32,000 nucleotides of DNA from Vibrio alginolyticus NBRC 15630 = ATCC 17749. GTDB lineage: Bacteria > Pseudomonadota > Gammaproteobacteria > Enterobacterales > Vibrionaceae. Numbering within the stretch: position 1 is the first letter of the stretch; each line of letters starts with the position of its first letter. Where the stretch lies: contig NC_022359.1 in the NCBI RefSeq assembly GCF_000354175.2, positions 990,001-1,022,000 on the forward strand. Direction: 5' to 3'. The notes below the pieces were generated by a model. That model saw only the letters and a list, made by a program, of their open reading frames with translations. It did no database searches and was not told the DNA's origin. Both the position numbers and the translations under genes were made by a program. Positions 24,650 through 32,000 of the stretch are shown piece by piece.

Positions 24650-24860
24650 TTTAGGTCACTAAAGCCGTAAAACTTTGCATATCGATTCGTGATTGAGATG
24701 GCATCTTTAAACTAAGTTGCGTGAAAATTTAGGTCATCCATTTAAATCCGGACACTAAGTGTGTTATTGCTTATACCCAAGTTACTCAAGGTGAGAAAAA
24801 ACTTTGAGTAATTTGGGTTTTTATTTGGTCTCAATTTTAGGTAGCGGAATTTATTTAGGT
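24650..24860 (+). repeat. Four dispersed copies of the motif TTTAGGT(C/A) in 211 bp of intergenic DNA
   Basis: tttaggt occurs at 24650-24656, 24728-24734, 24836-24842 and 24854-24860. Three of the four copies are followed by c. A fifth copy lies downstream of usp at 25995-26001. Confidence 0.5.
24775..24826 (+). terminator. Strong rho-independent terminator about 145 nt downstream of the SDR stop
   Basis: The arms cccaagttactcaa (24776-24789) and ttgagtaatttggg (24804-24817) pair with one G-U. The stem is extendable to about 17-18 bp and is followed by tttttattt. Confidence 0.75.
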
Positions 24861-25025
24861 CGAAGGCGATAGTTGTGAAGAAAGGAGAGTGTGACGTAAA
24901 ACAAAATGAAGCAATATCCGTCTCTTAATGAGAATTGATTTCATCAACGTCACAAGCCGTTACAATTATCCGTTAGGTATTATACTTTGTGGATGGTTAA
25001 TATTTAACCAAACAAGGAGGTGTGT

Positions 25026-25961
25026 ATGAAACGATTCGCAAACATACTTTTTGCAACACAAGGATTGCCAGGCCATAGTGACGCCCTCGAACAAGCGATG
25101 AGGATTGCATCTAGCAACAAAGTGCCTGTCTCAGGGCTAATAGCGTGTCCTGATTTCCCAACAGACATGATCCAGTATCAGCAAAGTTATGAGCAATCGC
25201 TGCAAGACTCCCTCAAACAAAGTATTCACGAATACAGACAGAAGCTGGGACTCTCTGAAGAGGATCTCGCATTTCCTCTTACTGTGAAAAGCAGTGAAAA
25301 GCCCGCTGTCTGTATTATTCAAGAAGCATTAGCTGATAACAAAGATCTCATCATCAAAGAAGCTGAACCGCTCGGTGAAGGTGCTGAGGGTTTCAAAGCT
25401 ATTGATATGACTCTGTTACGAAAATGCCCTTGTCCGCTTTGGTTGCACCGACCAATTGATAAGCCAAGAGATAAGCGCCGTGTTGCTGTGGCTATCGACC
25501 CATTAACGGCAAGCGATGAACAGCACTCATTAGCCGTGCGTTTACTCGAATTATCGCGTTCGATAGCCGACACCTGCGATAGTCGTTTACACGTGATTTC
25601 TTGCTGGGAGTATTACTTAGAAAACTACCTTAATGGTAACGCTTGGATTCAAGTCGATGATGCTGAGTTGAAACATGAACTCGACAAAGCAAAAGCCGAT
25701 CATAAACAAGCTCTGCAACAGCTGTTGGAGGAGTCTGGGATTACAGGTGAAATTGTGATTCACCACCTGCATGGAAAACCCGACGAAAAGATTCCAGATT
25801 ACGTAGAGAGTATTGAGGTAGACGTGCTGGTAATGGGAACCTTAGCGAGAACTGGTATATCTGGCTATGTCATTGGTAATACGGCTGAAAATATTTTGCA
25901 ATCGATTAACTGTAGTTTGGTCGCTCTTAAGCCCGATGGCTTTGTCTCACCGATTCAGTAA
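25026..25961 (+). CDS. uspE: Tandem universal stress protein (UspE-like)
   Basis: About 311 aa, two Usp-like halves, C-terminal motif VLVMGTLARTGISGYVIGNTAE. AAGGAGG RBS at 25014-25020 favours ATG 25026 over GTG 25020. Confidence 0.75.
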   Translation: MKRFANILFATQGLPGHSDALEQAMRIASSNKVPVSGLIACPDFPTDMIQYQQSYEQSLQDSLKQSIHEYRQKLGLSEEDLAFPLTVKSSEKPAVCIIQEALADNKDLIIKEAEPLGEGAEGFKAIDMTLLRKCPCPLWLHRPIDKPRDKRRVAVAIDPLTASDEQHSLAVRLLELSRSIADTCDSRLHVISCWEYYLENYLNGNAWIQVDDAELKHELDKAKADHKQALQQLLEESGITGEIVIHHLHGKPDEKIPDYVESIEVDVLVMGTLARTGISGYVIGNTAENILQSINCSLVALKPDGFVSPIQ

Positions 25962-26070
25962 TTGGGGTGTAACAAAGTTGGGTTTAAGTGATGTTTTAGG
26001 TAAAGGAGGGAGATGGATCTCTAGAACATGGAATTATCAATGTATCAATAAGTTATCAGAGGAGAGTGAC

Positions 26071-26262
26071 ATGAAAAACCTATGCCCGAAATGCCACACA
26101 GAAATGATAGAACGTTCGAATGTTTATGTTTGTCCGAGAAATGATATCGGTGACTGCACCTACGATGCATTCGAGTTAGCTGATGACGATAATCCATATA
26201 CATTCAGCCAAGAACACGTAAGTAGTGACCTACGTTCTTATGCCGTAGCAGACAGCAAATAG
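26071..26262 (+). CDS. Small zinc-ribbon protein (63 aa)
   Basis: CPKC-x13-CPRNDIGDC four-cysteine pattern, an acidic C-terminal tail, and a GAGGAGAG RBS 3-10 nt upstream of ATG 26071. The longer ORF-track start at 25867 overlaps usp and is unlikely. Confidence 0.6.
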   Translation: MKNLCPKCHTEMIERSNVYVCPRNDIGDCTYDAFELADDDNPYTFSQEHVSSDLRSYAVADSK

Positions 26263-26426
26263 CGGTTTGTATCGGCGTTCCTCTAAGTAGCACTCAGTGA
26301 TTACTGTTTGCTACTTTTCCCTTGGTTTCATGATCGTTTTTGAAGCGCTTGGGTTAAAACAATACAGTGGAGTTTGTCATTTGCGCCGAATAGGGCGTAC
26401 CTTCTTATAATAACGAATGGGCTGCG

Positions 26427-29096
26427 ATGTTGAATAACATAACGGGTAAAGAAAACCTGCCGAAAAACCTAGATAATCAGTTGGTCTTACTGATTTTCCC
26501 TGCGCTGCCAGTTTTAATCTTCTCTTTTCTCTTCTATATCTATACTCCTGCAGGCGTGAGCTGGAATGCGGAATGGATACCAAGCCTCGATATCAACCTT
26601 AGCTTTAGATTAGATGGTCTTTCATTTCTTTTTGCGGGACTGATCAGTGGGATTGGCGCACTGATTCAAATCTACGCTTTGGCTTATTTACGAGAAAGTG
26701 ATAGCCGGTTTTCCTTTCATTTGTATCTAACCCTATTCATGCTTGCCATGCTAGGGATTGTGATGAGCGATAACATTCTGTTGTTATTTGTTTTCTGGGA
26801 ACTCACCACCATCACTTCTTATTTACTGATCGGGTTTAATCACGAAAATAAAACGTCTCGGAAAAACGCCTTGCAGTCGCTGATTGTTACTGGTGCTGGT
26901 GGACTAGCGTTGCTAGCTGGTCTTATCTTGCTGGGAGCAATGGCAGGGAGTTATGAGCTAAATACCATTATCGAGCAGGCAGACACTATTGCGCAGCATG
27001 AATGGTTTATCCCATCTCTAGTGCTCATACTACTCGGTGCATTTACTAAATCTGCGCAATTCCCGTTTCATTTTTGGCTACCTAACGCGATGGCAGCTCC
27101 CACTCCGGTCAGTGCGTATTTACACTCGGCAACAATGGTAAAGGCAGGCATTTACCTATTAGCACGTTTATCGCCAGTTTATGCCCACAGCGAGATCTGG
27201 TTTTATGCTTTAGTCATCACTGGGAGTATCACGGCCATTTGGTGCACATTTGTCGCATTAAAACAAACTGACTTGAAGCTGATGCTAGCCTACAGCACGA
27301 ATGTTGCTTTGGGTAAATTAACATTATTACTAGGTATGGGCACAGATTTGGCCGTTAGTGCAGTATTGATGTTTATTCTCGCTCACTCTTTCTATAAAGC
27401 TGCGCTGTTTATGGTGGTGGGTAATATCGACAAAGCGACAGGAACACGAGATATTGATCAATTGTACGGCCTGAAGTCAGTTCTCGTCATCAGCATGGTT
27501 GCGGGGAGTTTGGCTGCATTGTCTAAAGCGGGGTTCCCGCCGTTGTTAGGCTTTTTGAGCAAAGAATACATGTACAAGTCCGCAGTAGAGCTCAATAACT
27601 GGATCGCCTTTGTACTTTTAATCGTGAATATACTGATGGTCGCGCTAACCATTATGCTTATTGCGAGACCATTCTTTGCTCGCCGTGATCTCGTGCCGAT
27701 TGAAACTAAGCCAGTTGAGACAAAAAAAGCCATGTGGATCTCGCCTTTGCTCTTGGCAGTTGGCAGCCTCCTAGTTCCGTTATTCGGTTTGAATTGGTTA
27801 GATCGCAATATTATTTTTCCGGGCTCTGCTGACATTCTGCCCACAGCAACTCTTAAAGAGACATCACTATGGCATGGCGTGAATGTACCGTTAGTGTTAA
27901 GCGTTATTACGCTAGCGTTGGGGTATGTGGTGTACCGTGTTTATCCTACTGTGTCTGCATTTTTTCAGCGGCTACATCTATTCGTCCCCAAAGCGGAGAA
28001 TATTTTTGAACGACTATTAGATGGCATGATGACAGTGGCGAAGTGGCAAACGGCGCGGTTACAGCAAAAGAAATTGAGTCGCTATGTCCTATTATTTTTC
28101 ACGGTACTTGCCGTTGCGTTACTGAGTCAGGTAGCGCTTATTCCTCTGCCTTTGGTTGGCGAACTTTCAAGTGTCACTTTCTATGAGATTGGTATTGCCT
28201 TATTGTTGATTGGTGCTGCGCTCGTATGTACGTTGTCCCACGCAAGACTTCTTGCGATTTCTGCGCTTGGTATGATTGGTTTCATGACCACGCTTGTTTT
28301 TATGATTTATAGCGCCCCGGACGTTGCGAAGACTTTACTGTTAGTGGAAACATTAATGGTGGTCTTTCTTGCATTGTTAATGCGTCATATGCCACGTCTA
28401 ACCACCGTGCCCAAGCATTCAATAAAACGTAAAGTAGCGAATATTTGCATAGCAGGTGTGATAGGTGTTTCGGTTACTTTACTTTTGTTAGGAATCACGT
28501 CTCAGCCGATGGACTCTTCGGTGTCAGATTTCTTTGCAGAAAACAGTGTCCCGGGTGGACATGGGCGAAACATTGTTAACGTTATTCTGGTCGACTTTCG
28601 CGCATTTGATACATTGGGAGAAGTTGTTGTCGTTGTTATTGCAGGGATTGCTGCAGTGAGTTTGCTTAAGACAAGAGCGAAAAAGCAAAATCGTATCCAA
28701 TCATTAATTTTTGCAACCACGGCACACATTGTTTCGGCACTCATGCTCGTATTTTCAGTGTATCTGTTGTTACGTGGTCATAACGAACCGGGTGGTGGCT
28801 TTATTGGTGCGTTGATTGCCGTTATTGGTTTATCACTTCTCATGTTCGCGGAATCACCGAAATACGTTCGTTCTAGGTTGTATTTCAAACCGTTTCTCAT
28901 TGCGTTATCTGGCATCGCATTGAGCTTAGTTTCTGGTGCTTTGAGCTTTGCGTTTGATAAACCGTTTTTGACCGGACTGTGGTGGAAAGACGTGATACCA
29001 CTAGGGACGCCATTGGTTTTTGATGTTGGTGTTTACCTTGCCGTTATAGGTGGCGTGATGGGTATGCTGCTTCGTATTAATGAGGAGCTAGAGTGA
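26427..29096 (+). CDS. mrpA: Mrp/Mnh cation:proton antiporter subunit A fused to subunit B
   Basis: 889 aa, polytopic. NuoL/ND5-like motif [35 protein letters not shown]. The C-terminal part carries the MnhB-like [14 protein letters not shown] segment. Confidence 0.9.
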   Translation: MLNNITGKENLPKNLDNQLVLLIFPALPVLIFSFLFYIYTPAGVSWNAEWIPSLDINLSFRLDGLSFLFAGLISGIGALIQIYALAYLRESDSRFSFHLYLTLFMLAMLGIVMSDNILLLFVFWELTTITSYLLIGFNHENKTSRKNALQSLIVTGAGGLALLAGLILLGAMAGSYELNTIIEQADTIAQHEWFIPSLVLILLGAFTKSAQFPFHFWLPNAMAAPTPVSAYLHSATMVKAGIYLLARLSPVYAHSEIWFYALVITGSITAIWCTFVALKQTDLKLMLAYSTNVALGKLTLLLGMGTDLAVSAVLMFILAHSFYKAALFMVVGNIDKATGTRDIDQLYGLKSVLVISMVAGSLAALSKAGFPPLLGFLSKEYMYKSAVELNNWIAFVLLIVNILMVALTIMLIARPFFARRDLVPIETKPVETKKAMWISPLLLAVGSLLVPLFGLNWLDRNIIFPGSADILPTATLKETSLWHGVNVPLVLSVITLALGYVVYRVYPTVSAFFQRLHLFVPKAENIFERLLDGMMTVAKWQTARLQQKKLSRYVLLFFTVLAVALLSQVALIPLPLVGELSSVTFYEIGIALLLIGAALVCTLSHARLLAISALGMIGFMTTLVFMIYSAPDVAKTLLLVETLMVVFLALLMRHMPRLTTVPKHSIKRKVANICIAGVIGVSVTLLLLGITSQPMDSSVSDFFAENSVPGGHGRNIVNVILVDFRAFDTLGEVVVVVIAGIAAVSLLKTRAKKQNRIQSLIFATTAHIVSALMLVFSVYLLLRGHNEPGGGFIGALIAVIGLSLLMFAESPKYVRSRLYFKPFLIALSGIALSLVSGALSFAFDKPFLTGLWWKDVIPLGTPLVFDVGVYLAVIGGVMGMLLRINEELE

Positions 29097-29449
29097 TGGA
29101 AATAGTCTGGAGTGTTGTCGTTGGAGTATTTGTCGCAGCAGGTGTTTATTTAATGCTTGAAAAGCATATCTTGCGCCTTTTGTTCGGCATCATGTTACTC
29201 AGTAGTGCGGTTAACCTTGCTATTTTTACCGCTGGAAGGCTGACGCCTGGAGAGCCGCCATTGATTGGCGATAATGCTCTTTTACCACCAGATAGCGCGG
29301 CAAATCCTTTACCTCAAGCGCTTATCTTAACTGCGATAGTCATCGGTTTTGGACTACTTATTTTTTCTTTAATGCTGTTCTATCGAGCTTATAAAGACAC
29401 TGGAACTGCAAACGTCGATGAAATGCAACGTTCTGAGGAGGGTCAATGA
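29093..29449 (+). CDS. mrpC: Mrp/Mnh antiporter subunit C (NuoK-like)
   Basis: 118 aa, three TM helices. Start overlaps the mrpA stop. Operon position. Confidence 0.88.
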   Translation: MMEIVWSVVVGVFVAAGVYLMLEKHILRLLFGIMLLSSAVNLAIFTAGRLTPGEPPLIGDNALLPPDSAANPLPQALILTAIVIGFGLLIFSLMLFYRAYKDTGTANVDEMQRSEEGQ

Positions 29450-30942
29450 GTTCGATTTTGCTTACGTTACCGGTAGTTCTCTCGCTGAGTACGGCGTTGA
29501 TTATCTTCTTCGTCCGTCGCTCAACAAAAAGTGTTGAGTGGTTGAGCGGTGTAAGTGCGATTTCGAACCTTTTCGTTGCGGGCTTTCTCACAGAAAACAT
29601 CATAAATAATGGTATTCAAGCCGTTGCTTTTGGTCAGTGGAGTGCGCCATTTGGTATCGTGTTTGTCGCAGATTACCTCAGCGTTGCTATGGTGATGATC
29701 ACGGCGGTGATTGGTGCGATATGTGTTTTCTACGCGATGGCGGACCTTCACCGAAAGCCCTCCTATAGCAATTACCATGCGTTAATGCACATGTTGCTTG
29801 CTGGCGTTTATGGCGCTTTCCTGACTGGAGATATTTTTAATCTGTATGTTTGGTTTGAGGTCATGCTCATTTCATCATTTGGTTTAATGGTGTTAGATGC
29901 AACGAAAACTCAAGTTGATGGTGCAGTAAAGTACGTGATGTTGAACCTGATTTCGACGCTGGTATTTTTGCTTGCTATCGGTTTATTGTATGGAGCAACG
30001 GGCACCTTGAACTTGGCCGATCTCTACACCAAAGTAGGGGAAAATGAATTGAGCATCAACATGATGCTGTCCGCGCTATTTTTGTTTGCCTTTTCTATTA
30101 AAGCGGCACTCTTTCCTTTATTTGCTTGGTTGCCAGCTTCTTATCACACGTTACCAAGCGGTGTGGTGGCACTGTTTGCCGCGTTGCTTACTAAAGTCGG
30201 TGTATACGCGTTGATAAGAGTCTTTACCTTGGTATTTCCGCTCGCCGAGAGTGGTTGGCAACCGACGTTAATTTGGGTCGCAGGGCTAACCATGTTAACG
30301 GGCGTTTTAGGAGCGGCTAGCCAATTCGACATTAAGAAAATTCTTTCTTTTCATATTATTAGCCAAATAGGCTATATGATCATGGGGTTGGCTATTTACA
30401 CTCCCTTAGCTTTAGCCGGTGCCATTTTCTACATTGTTCATCACATCATTGTAAAAGCGAATTTGTTCTTAATAGGTGGATTCATCGAGCGCAAATATGG
30501 CTCTAGTCAACTTGAACATTTGGGTGGGGTATACAAAGCTATGCCTTGGTTAGCGTTCTTGTTTCTTGTCCCTGCGTTTTCTCTGGCCGGTTTCCCACCG
30601 CTATCGGGTTTCTGGGGAAAGCTATTGGTCATCAAGTCGAGCATACAGGCTGAGTATTACTGGTTAGCAGGTACCGCGTTATTGGTGGGGTTGCTTACTG
30701 TCTACTCGATGACGAAAATTTGGAGTGAGGCATTTTGGAAAAAGCCATTTAGAGAGAAGCCAGAACAGACTCTGCAGGCCAAAGTACATTGGTTGTACTG
30801 CGTTCCAATTATTGTATTGACAACGTTGACGCTAATCATTGGCTTAGTGGCGGAGCCTTTTTATCAATTTTCCGTTCAAGCTGCAGAACAACTGTTAAAT
30901 CCGACTGAATACATCAGAGTGGTGTTAGGAGGAAATGCATGA
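29446..30942 (+). CDS. mrpD: Mrp/Mnh antiporter subunit D (NuoM/N-like)
   Basis: 498 aa. Motif FAWLPASYHTLPSGVVALFAALLTKVGVYALIRV. Overlapping start and stop codons. Confidence 0.9.
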   Translation: MSSILLTLPVVLSLSTALIIFFVRRSTKSVEWLSGVSAISNLFVAGFLTENIINNGIQAVAFGQWSAPFGIVFVADYLSVAMVMITAVIGAICVFYAMADLHRKPSYSNYHALMHMLLAGVYGAFLTGDIFNLYVWFEVMLISSFGLMVLDATKTQVDGAVKYVMLNLISTLVFLLAIGLLYGATGTLNLADLYTKVGENELSINMMLSALFLFAFSIKAALFPLFAWLPASYHTLPSGVVALFAALLTKVGVYALIRVFTLVFPLAESGWQPTLIWVAGLTMLTGVLGAASQFDIKKILSFHIISQIGYMIMGLAIYTPLALAGAIFYIVHHIIVKANLFLIGGFIERKYGSSQLEHLGGVYKAMPWLAFLFLVPAFSLAGFPPLSGFWGKLLVIKSSIQAEYYWLAGTALLVGLLTVYSMTKIWSEAFWKKPFREKPEQTLQAKVHWLYCVPIIVLTTLTLIIGLVAEPFYQFSVQAAEQLLNPTEYIRVVLGGNA

Positions 30943-31415
30943 TCTATCTATTCCTCAATTTTTTCTTAGCGTTAGCGTGGATGATGCTTAATGGCAGCTA
31001 TTCGAGTCTGAATTTTGTTGTCGGATTTACGGTCGGCTTTTTTGCTTTAAGGTTGAGTCAACCATTTGGATTGAAAACGAGCTATTTTCAACGTTTTGCA
31101 TCTGCATTGAAGTTATTGGTGTACTTCGCTTATGAAATGGTTATATCGGTTGCGAAAGTGGTGTGGGACGTCGTGACACCTACTCATTTGAGTCAGCCTG
31201 ATATCGTTTATGTCCCTCTGGAGGTCGATTCTGATCTAGAAATCACATTACTGGCGAACATGGTTTCTTTAACACCGGGTACGCTTAGTTTGGATGTTAC
31301 GGCTGATAAAAAGTATCTTATCGTTCATGCCATGTTTGCACCTGAACATGAAGAGGTTATTCGCGGAATTAAAGATGGGTTAGAGCATCGAATTTTGGAG
31401 GTGACGCGTGGATAG
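30939..31415 (+). CDS. mrpE: Mrp/Mnh antiporter subunit E
   Basis: 158 aa. MnhE-like sequence (LANMVSLTPGTLSLDV). Operon position. Confidence 0.88.
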   Translation: MIYLFLNFFLALAWMMLNGSYSSLNFVVGFTVGFFALRLSQPFGLKTSYFQRFASALKLLVYFAYEMVISVAKVVWDVVTPTHLSQPDIVYVPLEVDSDLEITLLANMVSLTPGTLSLDVTADKKYLIVHAMFAPEHEEVIRGIKDGLEHRILEVTRG

Positions 31416-31686
31416 TTGGCTGCAAATAACGGTCACTTTTGCCTATTCTGGGCTACTACTCAGCTTTGTTATGGCTTTTGCTCGTTTAATTCTAGGACCA
31501 ACGCTAGCTGATCGAGTTGTGGCGTTAGATCTGATTTCATTTATCACTATCGGATTTATTACGGTTTACACCTTAGACAGCGGTGAGGACGCTCTGTTAG
31601 ACATCGCCATTACATTAGGTTTGGTCGCATTTCTCGGCACGATCGCATTTGCACGTTTGATCGTTAAAAGAAAGGAGAAAGAATAA
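31408..31686 (+). CDS. mrpF: Mrp/Mnh antiporter subunit F
   Basis: 92 aa. GTG start with GGAGGTG RBS. MnhF-like sequence (RLILGPTLADRVVALD). Confidence 0.85.
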   Translation: MDSWLQITVTFAYSGLLLSFVMAFARLILGPTLADRVVALDLISFITIGFITVYTLDSGEDALLDIAITLGLVAFLGTIAFARLIVKRKEKE

Positions 31687-31979
31687 TGGACGTGTTGATT
31701 GGACTATTTTTATGCTTAGGAACATTGTTGACCTTGGTTGCAAGTCTAGGTGTCCTGAGGCTTCCTGATTTGTATACCCGAATGCATGCAGCGACCAAAG
31801 CTGGAACTGTCGGAGTGAGCTGCTTGTTATTAGCGGTCGCTTTCTCACTCCCTGAAGTTACCGTGATCTCTCGGGTTATCGGTACGATGTTGTTTATCGT
31901 TCTCACTGCGCCAGTCGCCTCCCACCTGCTCGGCAGAGCAATGCGAGAGGTCGGATATAAGATTTGGCGCAATGATTAA
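31686..31979 (+). CDS. mrpG: Mrp/Mnh antiporter subunit G
   Basis: 97 aa. MnhG-like sequence (GVLRLPDLYTRMHAATKAGTVG). TAATG overlap with mrpF. Confidence 0.88.
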   Translation: MDVLIGLFLCLGTLLTLVASLGVLRLPDLYTRMHAATKAGTVGVSCLLLAVAFSLPEVTVISRVIGTMLFIVLTAPVASHLLGRAMREVGYKIWRND

Positions 31980-32000
31980 CCATTAGCGTCGAATAGTACT

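Noticed and set aside
24283-24654. 123-aa ORF in an alternative frame overlapping the 3' half of the SDR gene.
   Set aside because: The SDR frame carries intact catalytic motifs across this region. The overlapping frame has low-complexity, Leu/Arg-rich content and no start context.
25867-26070. Upstream extension of the zinc-ribbon ORF (131-aa version starting at 25867).
   Set aside because: It overlaps the 3' end of usp in another frame. A good RBS (GAGGAGAG) precedes the internal ATG at 26071, which starts the cysteine-ribbon part.
1-32000. Search for CRISPR arrays, tRNA or rRNA genes, IS elements, integrases or other defence systems.
   Set aside because: I saw no regularly spaced repeats, no cloverleaf-like or rRNA-like segments, and no transposase or integrase-like ORFs. 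All long ORFs are accounted for by the T6SS, regulators, transport and stress genes.

Overview
Vibrionaceae-like chromosomal window (the taxon is inferred from gene content and codon and terminator style). It has three parts.

(1) 1-15376: the structural half of a type VI secretion system (T6SS) cluster.
- Plus strand: tssB (3' end), tssC, tssE, tssF, tssG.
- Converging minus-strand operon: an ImpA_N/TssA-family gene, tssM, and an embedded Lrp/AsnC regulator.
- A 503-bp very AT-rich divergent control region follows.
- Then a plus-strand operon: a small beta-barrel OMP, FHA/tagH, tssJ, tssK, tssL.
- hcp, vgrG and clpV are not in the window.

(2) 15377-20700: a visibly more AT-rich variable module. 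This is the most interesting part.
- A DUF4150-type PAAR-like protein with a long C-terminal extension of unknown function.
- A 667-aa protein that reads as two fused cell-wall hydrolases: an M23/LytM-like N-terminal half with an atypical metal-ligand pattern, and a T4-lysozyme/pesticin-like C-terminal domain.
- A start/stop-overlapped small secreted protein, a small cytosolic hypothetical, and a small lipoprotein flanked by two near-identical terminators.
- I saw no known adaptor gene and no MIX-like marker. I propose a previously uncharacterised PAAR-tethered cargo effector with periplasmic immunity proteins.

(3) 20770-31979: ordinary housekeeping and accessory genes.
- MFS exporter with a divergent AraC regulator, and a LysR regulator divergent from an SDR oxidoreductase.
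- A tandem-Usp protein and a small zinc-ribbon protein.
- A complete six-gene Mrp/Mnh cation/proton antiporter operon with fused MrpA/B.

No tRNA, rRNA, CRISPR array, transposase or integrase was recognised.
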